Below are positions 14,140-25,480 of a stretch of 64,000 nt of DNA, one piece after another. The notes beneath the pieces are model-generated. The model had not been told where the DNA came from. It saw only the letters and a program-made list of their open reading frames with translations, and did no database searches. Source of the stretch: Callorhinchus milii (taxonomy: Eukaryota). The position numbers and the translations under genes are program-made. Location: assembly GCF_018977255.1 (NCBI RefSeq), contig NW_024704742.1:100070001-100134000 (forward strand), read 5' to 3'. Numbering within the stretch: position 1 is the first letter of the stretch; every line of letters starts with the position of its first letter.

Positions 14140-14479
14140 CATTTTATATAGCATTTTATCACGCCTTCTAGATTCAAAGCGCTTCACAGAATATATTGTA
14201 AAATGAATTGACTGAATATTTTGTGGGCAAAACGCGGTAGCCAATTCCGCACAGCAGTGTCCCACAAGCAGTCGTGGATTGAGTGACCAAATTATTATTA
14301 TTGCTTTTTTATTACCCCTGGAATAGCAATCCACCAATCGAATAACAAGTGGGTTCCTACTTACTGCTAGATAGAGGCACATGGAATAAGGAAACTTGCC
14401 TAAGGTTTTGCCCTGCCCAGAAGTCAAACCCAGGTCTTCTCACTTGCGAGGTGAGTGCTCTAATACCCCACAGGACTCC
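14140..14479 (-). mobile_element. Young tRNA-derived SINE (long form)
   Basis: Colinear with 23772-24121. Confidence 0.88.
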
Positions 14480-14639
14480 ATATTAAAGCGTCTGTTCAGC
14501 GTTACGCGTGTCAACGTCGGCCACTATTGGGAATTCCCATTCTGGTTACACAGGGTAGTGCTGAATAGAACTTTCACCAACAAACAATTCTCCAGTAATA
14601 TGACCTGTAGCCTCTGACAACAATAGTCACATTTTGCCA

Positions 14640-14840
14640 CGAAAAACCAAAAACAATAATAAATTGGTCATTTTCAATCTACGACTGTTTGTAGGACATT
14701 GCTGTGCGCAATTGGCTGCCGTGTTCGCCCACAAATATACAGTCACTTCACTTTACATTGTGTTCTGTGAAGCGCTTTGGGACATCCTCCCGACGTGAAA
14801 AGCGCTATATCAAATGCAAGGATTATTATTATTATTATTA
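14640..14840 (+). mobile_element. Young SINE (short form), 5'-truncated
   Basis: Nearly identical to the 3' part of 38968-39283; (ATT)n tail. Confidence 0.88.
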
Positions 14841-14859
14841 AGAACAGTGCCACTCTCAA

Positions 14860-17126
14860 TATTTAAAAAAACTACTTTATTTTTTTCCGTTACATATTGG
14901 GAAACGGGGATGTATTACATCACTCATACAGTCAGGCAGAGTTCACTTTATTAGAATTGACCGAAAAGCGATGACTGCGCAAAACTGCTGGCCTAAACGG
15001 AACATTGCTGCGTTTTCCAACCCTGACCAGTAGGCATCGCTAGAAAGGAACCTCTTCCTCGACATAAAATACAGCTCTTAGAATATTGCCGATAAGCTTG
15101 TGTAAATGCACTGGTCTTCGTCGTAGCAAACGAAAAGTGGTTGATTCGTCCTGTGAAGATTACAATCCATAATTACATCAATATACAACACACTTTTCCT
15201 TGCTATCAGTGGCAACTCCATGTTGTATATACTGTACTGTACAGGCAAAAAAAAACTACCAATGAAAGTAAATTTAATGTGGTTTGAATTTATGGAGGTA
15301 CAGAAACCATACTGCACTTATTTACACACATTATGCAATGATAGGGGAAAAAAAAGATTTGGTCAAATACTGCAGACACAGAGGTGATTTCCTGCCCATT
15401 ACAGTTTGAAGTTTGATGTTGAAATATTTTTCTGCCTTGTTTTCCAGTCTTTTTAACCCACACGTGAAGAGGTGCTCATACAACACATATATATATATTT
15501 TAAAATTTAATACATTGCATGAGACGTAATCCGGTTCTTGAGGTTGTCAATCAAAAAGATATCAAGAATATCCAGCGTAAGATGATCTTGAAACTAAAAA
15601 CACTGTATAAAACAGATGATAAATGCTACACAATCTTGGAAATCCCAGTGATGTCTTTAAACGGAACAGATCGCTGAGCACAGGATGGAAAACGGAATGA
15701 GATGCTTTGTAGAACAGCTGGTTTGTTCAAAACGCAGGCACTTCAAGGGGTTTATGGGAAAAGTACCTGACCCATCTCCAACATGAAGCCTCTGAACAGC
15801 TGTGATTACAATACGGAAGGAATGTTCCACACAAACAACTGCACAGTTTGGATACCACAGCAATTAAATGCAAAAGGCAACATTATCTGACCCATTTATT
15901 TCACATTCTTACTTTAGCTTTCCATCAAAACATTATTTTATAAGTTAGGCATGGGACTTCCAAGTCATCTGGCAAACAGAGGATGCATTCATTAAAAAGT
16001 GTCCAGAACTCGACAGAACCCAGTTAGGCCAAAACATTTGGTCTGTTGATTAATTTCTTCCAGATACCTTTTGTATTGTTATCACCTTCAAAGCTTTTAC
16101 TTCACATCCACATGCCTCACCCCATAATACATTCCAATCGTGTGACTAGACCATCCTGCACCCCCCGCCCCCCATCCCTGCACTCCACTAACTCTCAGGA
16201 CATTCAGCATCAACCTGTCCAAACAATACATCAGGAAGCACGGTTTACTTTTTACAAACATGTCATAATACATTAAGCACATGCTGCCCTTTCTACTACA
16301 TTGTTTCTCCGTTGGGAGGTAAAATAAAGCAGGTATTGTTTTCACACTTGAACGTCTACAGCTGTCTCGTGCTGTGTATATTGTAATCGTGCAGCAGCCT
16401 TGAACGACCACCTGCTGAATCCATCCAATTCCTTCCACAGTACCTCTGGACAGTGACTTCTTCAAAGACGGGTAAAGACAACAGTAACATTTAATACTGA
16501 AAATCAGTGCAGATGTTTTCCAATCAAGACAAATGAAGGGTTAAAGTAGAATTCAGGGTATAATGTTTTGTGTGTTTGTTTAAAAAAAAGTTTCTTCATT
16601 TGTTAGGACTTCGATTAATGTTTTCTGGGGCCTTCCACTTGACAGAAGACCTGCCTTTGCAACTACTACAGATCTGTTTACCACAACTCCAGGGTAGACT
16701 AAATTAATTTCTGACTTGCCACAGTCGATCTTGATCTCATCACCAAGCACCGTACAACATTTATGCCCTCCACATGCTGGAACCAGACTGACCCTTCCTT
16801 TTTTGCTGAAAATAGCAACTTGATTTTGGTTGAAGTAATTCTTAAAGAGTTTCTGTTTCGTAAATTATCCAACGAGAGAGAGGTCCTTCGGTCAACTTCA
16901 AAACATGAACATACAGATTTCTGATGAAGCATAAAGTTTCCAAGATGAAGACTGATGAAATAAAAACAAATTACCCACATAAGACAACTACCCAAATCAC
17001 TGGGCAAAAAACAGAAGGAAAGTCCTTTGAGAAAGTCTGTTGTCACTGCAGAGATGATTGGTTTCTTGTTTATGAGACAGCAGATGAACAAGTAAGTAAC
17101 TCTCCATGATCAGACTTTTTCCAGAG
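14860..17126 (-). other. CSNK1G3: Probable CSNK1G3 3' UTR
   Basis: About 2.2 kb with no recognisable repeats after the stop codon, in an otherwise repeat-dense region. Minus-strand AATAAA at 15895-15900, 14947-14952 and 14876-14881, ATTAAA at 15273-15278. The true end cannot be determined from sequence alone. Confidence 0.65.
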
Positions 17127-17181
17127 TCATTTGTGGCGCTGAATAGTTTTCCTTTTTCTCCGCTTGAAGAAGCAGCAGCAC
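17127..17181 (-). CDS. CSNK1G3: Last coding exon CCCFFKRRKRKTIQRHK-stop (Cys cluster plus polybasic membrane anchor)
   Basis: tacAG acceptor at 17182-17183, phase 2, TGA at 17129-17127. Typical palmitoylated CK1 gamma C-terminus. Confidence 0.97.
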
Positions 17182-17499
17182 CTGTATTGTTTGAGGGAAG
17201 CGGTCTTAGTGATTAACAAACTCCAATTGGCTTGCACCACAATTTACATTGAACACTCCCATGCACATTACACACACACAAACAAATAAGTGTTACATGC
17301 AAAGTTATTAAATGTTTTAAATCAGACTTGCACACACAGCAAACCTAGTGATATTATTACCTAACCAAGTGATGATCAAAGCTGGGATTTAGCAGAAGGT
17401 TCATATATTAGTGTTAGCAAAAGTATATATATATATTTGCACCTCCAATACAGTATTGAGAGTCAGAAGCACAGGAGGCAGCCAGAGACAGAACAGTGA

Positions 17500-18310
17500 A
17501 AACAACAACAACAAATTGCAATTATATAGCGGACTTCATGTCAGGAGGATGTTCCAAGGCGATGGACAGTCAAGGGTTTGTACCTGAGTTGGGGGTTGGA
17601 TTTCAGAGGGATGGAGGTGGAAAGATGACCAAAGGTGCAGTTAAAGAGGAAGGTCTTGAGACGGACCTTGAAGAAGGCGAGGGAAAGGGCAAGGTGAACG
17701 GACAACGGGATGGAGTTCCAGAGAGTGGGGCAGAAAGGCTGAAGGCCTGACTGCCGATGGTGAGGTAGGCAGAGCGGGGAACATAAAGCAGGCCAGTGTC
17801 CACCAAGCGGAGGGAGTGGGCGGGTTGGTAAGCTTTTAGAAGGTCACAGGGGTAACGTTTGGCAAGACATGGAGGGATTTAAATGTGTGGATGAGAAATT
17901 TGAACTCAATCCTCTGGAGGATGGGGAGGGGAGCCAGTGGAGCCGGGCAAGGACAGGGGTGATAGGTTCACCGAGACTGATGCAGGCGAGGTCACGAGCT
18001 GCAGATTTCTGGATCATCTGAAGTTTGAGGAGGGAAGAGTTGGAAAGTCTGACGTGCAGTGAGTTGGCGTAATCGAGCCTGGCTTGGTAAAAGCATGGAT
18101 GAGGGTTCGGCAGCCCGAGGGGAGAAGTAGTGGTGGAGACGGGTAATGCTGTGGAGGTGGGGGAAAGCTGAACGGGTTAAAGCACGGATGTGGAGTTTGA
18201 GGAACAGCTGAGAGTCGAACAAGACACCAAGATTCCGTACTGGCTCGGTGAGGTGTAATGTATATCCACGTAATGATGCTGTTAGCACCTGAGAAGGTGC
18301 TGATGTACGC
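17500..18310 (-). mobile_element. L2 LINE 3' portion, degenerate
   Basis: VRNLGVLFDSQL motif in ORF 17992..18312; (AAC)n tail at about 17500. Confidence 0.88.
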
Positions 18311-19061
18311 ATAATTTACTAATAGAGGTAGAGCGAGAGAGACTGACTAATACGGAGTATCCACACAAGTTCTGGAAAGCTACCCATTAAACCAGTTAAA
18401 GCTCCACTGATGGCCAAGTGAGTAAAGACACTTACTCCTTGTGTAAGCGCTAAACCAGATAGATCAAAAAATGTCAGGTTCAAATCCAAATCACTTCATG
18501 TAAAGAGGTAGCCTGCTAAGGCTTACACCCGAGTACCCGAGTACAAGGTGTAGGAGGATGCAATTATGATCTTCTCCCACTGCAATTGGTTCCCAATCTG
18601 AGCCATGTAAGTTGCTCTTCCTGGAAGATGCTGGGCATAGACTGTGGAAGGAAAATTGGACAAGGGTATCCTGCAAGTCTTGTGCTCCTCGGGAGTCTAG
18701 AGAAGGCCACACATTTCTATTCTCTCAGCAGCAGAGGTGCAGGTTAGAGAGGACTTAAGAGAAAACTATTTACTTGCGCGAAGAGTGAGCACATAAATAA
18801 ACAGAATCTAATGGCGAGACTTGCTCTCTAGCCTTCATAACACCTTGAAATACTTCATTGTCTCAGCAACTTTAACAAAGGTCTAAGTTCTTATGCAGCT
18901 TACATTATGGGAATATTCACACATGTGTAGTTAGACTAAATAAAAAGTGACAAGTGCTTTGAAATAATTTGGAAAAGACACCAAAGTTCCCAGAAGCTAT
19001 TTCAGGTCTTGGAAATTTATAGACTTGAAGTGAGTCTTTAAAACAAAAGTATTTTTGTTAT

Positions 19062-19382
19062 AATAATTATAATCCTTCCATTTGATTTAGCCCCTTATCA
19101 CATCTTCGAGATGCCTCACACTGCTTCACAGAATATACTGTAAAATTAATTGACTATTTTGTGGGCGAAAAGCGGTAGCCACTTGCGCCTAGCAGCGTCC
19201 CACAAACATTGAGTGACCAAATCTTTTTTTTGAGGGATTATGACCCCCGACTAATCGACTAACAACTGGGTTTCTACTTACTACCTACAGAGGTGTGTGG
19301 AGTAAGGAAACTTGCCTAACGGTTCGCCCTGCTCGGAAATCGAACCCAGGTTCTCTCGCTTGCGAGGGGAGTGCTCTAACTA
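19062..19382 (-). mobile_element. Young tRNA-derived SINE, head cut by an L2
   Basis: Colinear with the other copies up to gagtgctctaac, where the L2 (AAC)n tail begins. Confidence 0.87.
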
Positions 19383-20050
19383 ACAACAACAACACAAGAT
19401 CCCAAGGCGCTGGACAGTTGGGTCAGGACCCGAGCAGGGGGGAAATGGTCAGGGTGAGGGGAGGGAAGGGAGGGAGCGAGGAGGGGGGAAATGGTCAGGG
19501 TGAGGGGAGGGAGCGAGGAGGGGGTAGAGAGTCGAGAGGGGAGCTGAAGGCACGGTCAAAGAGAAAGGTCTTGAGACCGGCCTTGAAGGAGGAAAGGGAG
19601 GAGGCGGCGAAGGCACTGGGGGATAGAGTTCCAAAGCCTAGGGACTGAGAGGCTGAAGGCCCGGCAACCGATGGTAGGGCGGTTGGGGCGGGGGATGTGG
19701 AGCAGACTGGAGCCAGAGGAACGGAGGGTACGAGCAGGTAGGTAGGGGGATAGTAGGTCGGAGAGGTAGGAGGGAGCAAGGCCGTGAATGGCCTTGTAGG
19801 CGAGGATGAGGATCTTGAATTCGATCCTCTGGGGGATGGGGAGCCAGTGGAGGCGAGCGAGGGTGGGAGTGATGTGGTCACGAAGCCTGGTGCGGGACAG
19901 TACATGAGCTGCAGAGTTCTGAGGGGTGAGGTAGTGCCGTAGTCTGGCGATGTTTCGGAGGTGATGGAAGGCGGTGCCAGTTGTGGCGCGGATATGAGGA
20001 AGAAAGAACAGCTCATGGTCGAACAGAACACCGAGGTTCCTGACGGCTTT
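19383..20050 (-). mobile_element. L2 LINE 3' portion, young subfamily, with an internal deletion
   Basis: Very similar to 48700-49510. Lacks the HAAETLVH..QVI segment. The tail abuts and truncates a SINE head. Confidence 0.93.
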
Positions 20051-20729
20051 GAGAGGAACTAATACCTTACAGGACTTGTTATTGTGTTCTCGGCATTCAG
20101 TGGACTTGAATGCAAATAATGCTGTCATACTTCAAACGTTTCCCACAAAATGGACGTTCACTGGAATTTAGAGTATATCCTATGAAGCACTTTGGGACGC
20201 CTTCCTGACATGAAAGGTGATGTACCAAATGTAACAATTATTAGTATTGTTACTTTTTTTTAATCAAAAGGTTGGCGATATTAAAATGTTAATGTGAGGT
20301 CAGTTCGGTTAGTGAAATATCAATTATAACGTGTGTTCATTTACAAGATCAGTTTCACCCACTGATAAATAATTCATCGAGTTTCAGCCAAATTTATTTA
20401 GGGCAATACATGCTTTTATACATGGATTAAGAAATGCTCTGTAACCAATATTTTCATTTTCTATGGTAGCCTACAAGCCACTCACAAATTTACTTTGTAG
20501 AATAATTCATGGTGAAGCTAATTGATAGATCTAAACAATTTTAGACTATTCATTCATGCATGCACCATGGTACATCTGTATTTAAAGCCATACAGATGTT
20601 TATGGCATATCTGTACTGTTTGTGTGCAAGTTCTGCATTTCTCTTCTCTGCGATTTTAAAATTAGCTATCAAAACATAATGAAGCTAACCAAGTGAAGAG
20701 CAAGTTGGTGTGTGGTGCATGTGTGAGGG

Positions 20730-21115
20730 GGCCAGCAAGAGATCATGAGGGAGAACAAAATAGCAAGCATGAGAGTACGATGAACATGAGAGAACAAGAA
20801 ATGGAGAGAGAATGTGAAAGCAAGAATGACAAAAGGAGATCCAGTGAGGGTAAAAGGGAGAGAGCTTAAGGGAGAGACAGTGAGTAAGCCTGAGAGAGTG
20901 AACTAGAGCATGAGCAAGTGAGCAAACAAAAAGTGATCCAGCGAACGAGAACGTTAGAGAGAGAACGTTGAACGAGTAAGCAAGAAAAAAAGGAATGCAT
21001 ATGAGGGAAAAAATGAATGAGTAAGCGCGAGAGAAAGGGAGAGAGGGAGAGAGAGAGAGAAAGCATAAGAGGGTGAGCCAGCAAGTTAAGGGTGTTGAGA
21101 GACAGCGAGACAGAA
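20730..21115. repeat. GA-rich low-complexity / degenerate microsatellite
   Basis: gagaga, gagcaaga and gagtaagc reiterations. Confidence 0.8.
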
Positions 21116-21934
21116 ATGTGAAAGTGGCATAATCACATATACCAGATTTAGGAAATGGTGTATAACAGAACATGATGATCCATATGCTCAAACTTGATCT
21201 ATTTTAAACAAGCATTTCCAAGTTACTGAAGTGAAAACTACTTATAAAGACATCAGCAGAATAAGAATCTTAGGTACTGCTTCCAGCAGTGAGATGGAAG
21301 GCTACAGGGGATATTCTCTGAAATAGCAAGAAATGTCACCTCAATCTTGTGCTGCTTATGATAATGAAAGTGCTCACTAAAGTCATGAGTAAAGTTAATA
21401 AAAAAAACTTCTGTGTTTGGGAAGCAAGTTAAAATCCATTGGTTTCAAGCTATGCTGTTGGGCTTCAAGCAATTAAAATGAGTATTTTGCAGAGAATTAG
21501 TGATTTGGAACAACCCTGCAAAGCTTGCTAATGCGGCATATATCCACTTTAATGTGACCATTTACTAAATTGATGTATCAGGCAATTTCATGATGAATCA
21601 CGCATCACATTAGAACAAGTTCATAAAGCAATTAATGCCTTATATTGCTGGAATTTAATTTCTAAATTCCTAGTACTGTCCTGCTTTTAATCCATGGAAG
21701 ATTAATAGCTCGATAATTGGAACACAAACTACATATTAAGAGTACAGCTACAAATTTGCACTGTCTGTAAGTTACTGCTCAGCGAACAACCTACAATGTA
21801 ACTGCTCAATTTACATGATGTTAAGAACCAACCATTGAGTTGCCTCAACATTAGACTAAAGGGGCTGCTCTTATGTTTATAAAAGCTCACTTAAAATATT
21901 TGAAATAGTCAAAATAATAACCATTTACGACCAA

Positions 21935-22282
21935 CATGCAGCATCACAGGTCTTGTATACCACACGCTTGACCTGCATTGGGACATTGAAGAGGGATGAG
22001 CATGACCAGAGTGCCCTTCGCCTCTTCTCAGCGCGGGCCTTCAGGACAGCGTTCGGGGCTGAAGTTGGTGTCTGCCATGATCCCGAGGTACTGATAAGAG
22101 TGAACGATTGGGACTGATGCCCCTTGTATCATCCAATCAATTCCCTCAATATCTTCCCTTGGGCCGTGCAGAACCATGATTCTGCACTTGGGGGCTCCTA
22201 CCATCATGTCCCACCAGATGGCCCAGTATTCAAGATGGTGGGTGCAGCACAGAAGGTCCTCAGGTGAATCCACCAGCAGCAC
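21935..22282 (-). mobile_element. Non-LTR retrotransposon RT/thumb fragment from a clade other than the local L2/CR1
   Basis: ORF 22028..22282 LLVDSPEDL..W...W.M.VG..KC.IM...YQYLGI is the post-YADD RT region. After a frameshift it continues as ARAEKRRRALW..PMQVKRVVYKT. Confidence 0.75.
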
Positions 22283-23137
22283 AAGTAAGAATATTAAGGG
22301 ATACGAAGGAACGGTGGAAAAATAGAATTAAGAAGATCCCATAGACTTAATGGGAGGCTAGGTGGCCTCCAAAGCCTATTCCAGCCCTAAAATAAGCACA
22401 TCAATAAGCTTGGAACAAGTCATTTGTTCTAGGAATGAAATTCAGTAAGAAGCAAATACGATATTCCACACCAGCTATACCTAAAATATCTTTAACATAA
22501 GTAGGAAATAAGCTGTAACAATGCTCAATAACTGACAATACTGTAAGGTGCAAAGGGAAGCAAAAAAAAGTGCCACAGTGGTCATGCTATGAAGACAGAA
22601 GTGTATGAGTATTGTCAGGGCACAACAGAAACATAAAAAAGTTGAGGGATCCCAACTATTCAGAATCTCTGAAGATGTTCTCATCTGGCACTTCAACCAA
22701 TCAGCTACTAAAAATAATTACCATTTTTGAGTGCCAAAACAAGTTGGGAACCCTAAATTAGTGCAGAGCAAATGAAAAGCAAAATTGCATGAAAACTGAA
22801 CCATACTTTAGTCTGGAGAACATATCAAGTAAAGCCTCAATAAGAGCGAAAGGCAGAAGAGTTTAAAAGCAAGCAGAATAGGTCAACAACAAGGTGCCAC
22901 AGGTCGTTATGCTCCCAATTCATACAATCCAACAATGTGTCCATGGAACTGTAAATAATCTCATCATAGTTTTTTTTGTTGTTGTCCGAGAGACATCAAT
23001 TTTATTTGTGTACAATATTCATCCAATTGTCACACAACACTTTCAGCCCTTCAATTTAACTCTGGGAGCAGAGCAACCAGGGCAGCCCTCATAGGCTGAA
23101 CCTATTCCTGCCAGCCTTGCAGACTGAAACCACTCAC

Positions 23138-23161
23138 CACATGTTCAAAACTTTCTGGCAG
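23138..23161 (-). CDS. CSNK1G3: 24-nt microexon, gives ET-NCQKVLNMW-CCCFF when included
   Basis: ttttgtatAG-CTGCCAGAAAGTTTTGAACATGTG-GTGAGT, phase 2-2, frame-preserving. Matches the 8-aa CK1 gamma-3 insert as recalled. Confidence 0.92.
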
Positions 23162-23771
23162 CTATACAAAATGAAAGAGGGGCAGGGGGAGGAGAAAAAC
23201 ACACAGAAACAAAAAAAGATCAGAACCACAGCCCACAGTAAGAAATCTCTCAAAAAGCTCTCCTGGGCAAGAAGCAATTCTACACAAGCAACAAGCAGCA
23301 GCGACTGAAGTAATTCATTTTCAAGGAAAAAAAACAGTTAACTAGGAATAATTTGCAGAGCTTATTTTAAACGGCGTTGGGAAGGGAGGCAGAAAAAACA
23401 CCTTCACAAATACTTTCATCTTCACACAATACAATTCGTTGTCAAATAAATTTTTCTGTTGTATTACTTATTCTGAGTTGCAATATTCAGTTTCAAAATC
23501 GCTGAATTCAAAACAATGGGACAATGATATTTAATCCTTTTCTTTCTTTACCCTGCTATCGACACTCCCACCCCCTCTCGGCCCCCTGCTTTCGCCATTT
23601 GACTGCATTCTCGTGAAGTAGGAAATATTTAAAACAAGCAAAGATAAATACAAATATAAGCAAAGATTGGAAAACACCTTAAATGTAATTTTGTTGTCTT
23701 TTTTAAAAATAATTTAAACGGCTCTTTTCCACAGCCTCTACTAAATAAGGAACAGTAGAAAAAAACTGAAC

Positions 23772-24121
23772 AATAATAATCCTTACATTTGATATAGCGC
23801 CTTGGAGACGTCTCAAAGCGCTTCACAAAATATTCTGTAAAGTGAACTGACTGTATATTTTGTGGGAGAAACGCGACAGCCAATTGCACACAGCACTGTC
23901 CCACAAACAGTCGTGGATTAAAGTGACCAATTTGTTTTAAAAGTAATTATTACTTCTGGAAAAGCAATCTGCCAATCGACTAACAACCGGGTTCCTACTT
24001 ACTGCTAGGTAAACAGAGGCGGGTGCAGTAAGGAAACTTGCCCAGCATTTTGCACTGCCGGGAATCGAACCCAGGTCTCTCACTTGAGGCGAGTGCTCTA
24101 ACCCCTGAGCTACAGGACTCC
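23772..24121 (-). mobile_element. Young tRNA-derived SINE (long form), full length
   Basis: GGAGTCCTGTAGCTCAG A box, GGTTCGATTCC B box, central gcctctgtttacctagcagtaagtaggaacc block, Deu-like block, tail. Confidence 0.92.
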
Positions 24122-24250
24122 ACTAACAATATAAATAACAATATAAAAGATATTAGGAAGGCTTTGGGGAAGAATAAGATATTTTTGTGACATGTCCAAT
24201 AAGGATTTTGAACCGAAAACAATTTCACGGTGAGTAAAGCATGTACGTAC

Positions 24251-24357
24251 TTTGTTTCATCCATAACTTCCACTTCAGCTGGGGCTGTGATGGGTGCATT
24301 GGAGTGTCCTGCTGTTGGGTCGTCTGTATTCAGTTCTCCATTCGTGGAACTAACCAC
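24251..24357 (-). CDS. CSNK1G3: CK1 gamma-3 exon [35 protein letters not shown](K/N)
   Basis: 107 nt, phase 0-2, tcacAG acceptor and AAA/GTACGT donor. Conserved CK1 gamma C-terminal motif STNGELN.DDPT...SNAPI. Confidence 0.96.
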
Positions 24358-25154
24358 CTGTGAGACAAGTGTGAATTATCAAAATATAGAAAAAAAACAC
24401 ATTTTCTAAAACAGATTCTTTCCTAGCCACACACATGAAACAAAGACAAAAAAAAGAAAATTTAAATTTTGAGTTGTAATTCATATTTCAATATCCATTT
24501 ATGCTTAAACATTGAATGCATGCACACCTTCAATTTTATTGCCAAATTTATGCTGATTCACCCTCCCCTCACAAACCAAGTTCATCTCAATCACCAGATT
24601 CCTGCTTTACCTATTGAATTCTTAACATAGATTCATGCTGTTGAAGGTAGAAAGAAGGAAGCACCAGATTAACAATAAAATGTAACACAGCCATTTAAAA
24701 TGTTGAACTTTTCATGTTGAGTTTTGAACTTAGCAGTTATCAGGGGTTGGAATGTATGCTGTTGCTTAGAGATTCCACAAGCCAACAACAAAAAAAGCTA
24801 ATTTTGTTTAGCAGATGGCATTGTTTCTGTATATATTAGATATGTCAAGGTTTGCTTAGATCCAAGAATTTTTGGAGGAAAAAACAAGTGCGTCATTGAG
24901 ATTTAGCTGGCACGAGTGATGCCCAGAAACAAAGGTTTAACATCTGTTCTTATTTGAACTTTCAGTTACACTAGAAAGAAAAGTACTTTGGTTAAAGTTG
25001 CTGATTCCCCTCTATGTGTAAAAAACCTTCCTGATGTCTGCCATAAAAAAATTACTTCATTGTGCCCTCTGTCTTGTGCATCGGAAAACATTTTTCTGGC
25101 TTTATCTCATTCATTATATATGTAATATATATAATGTATATAAATAATATAATA

Positions 25155-25480
25155 AAAGTTTCCTCTGGAGGAAACATTTCATGGCTGAAGAGCCTAAACT
25201 TATCTAATCATTCCTCAAAGTCCATCCCTCTAACATTGGGGATCAGCCTTGTTGATCTCCTTTGTACTGCTGCTGGGATCTGGACAGCCCCCTTATATTG
25301 TGTCGACCAGGACAATTTGCCTCACCAAACTCTGGCTTGAGCAGTACTGTTGGTGATCTGAACTTCACTGATTTGGTAATGTAGCTCAGCATCCTACTTT
25401 ACTTGTTTATTGATGCCTTACACTGTTTGGATGTGCTAGTAATGAGCGTAAACACCACTGCCATTTGACCTCAGAATCAT
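25155..25480 (-). mobile_element. Old CR1-type LINE fragment
   Basis: Reverse strand reads VQRRSTRLIP..RGM...E.LDK..LFS, a degenerate CR1 ORF2 C-terminal motif. Confidence 0.6.

Noticed and set aside
20685..21191. 168-aa hydrophobic ORF resembling a membrane protein
   Set aside because: By-product of GA/TC low-complexity sequence.
24050..24121. tRNA genes at SINE heads
   Set aside because: A/B boxes run directly into the SINE body, there is no complete acceptor stem, and copies are many and diverged.
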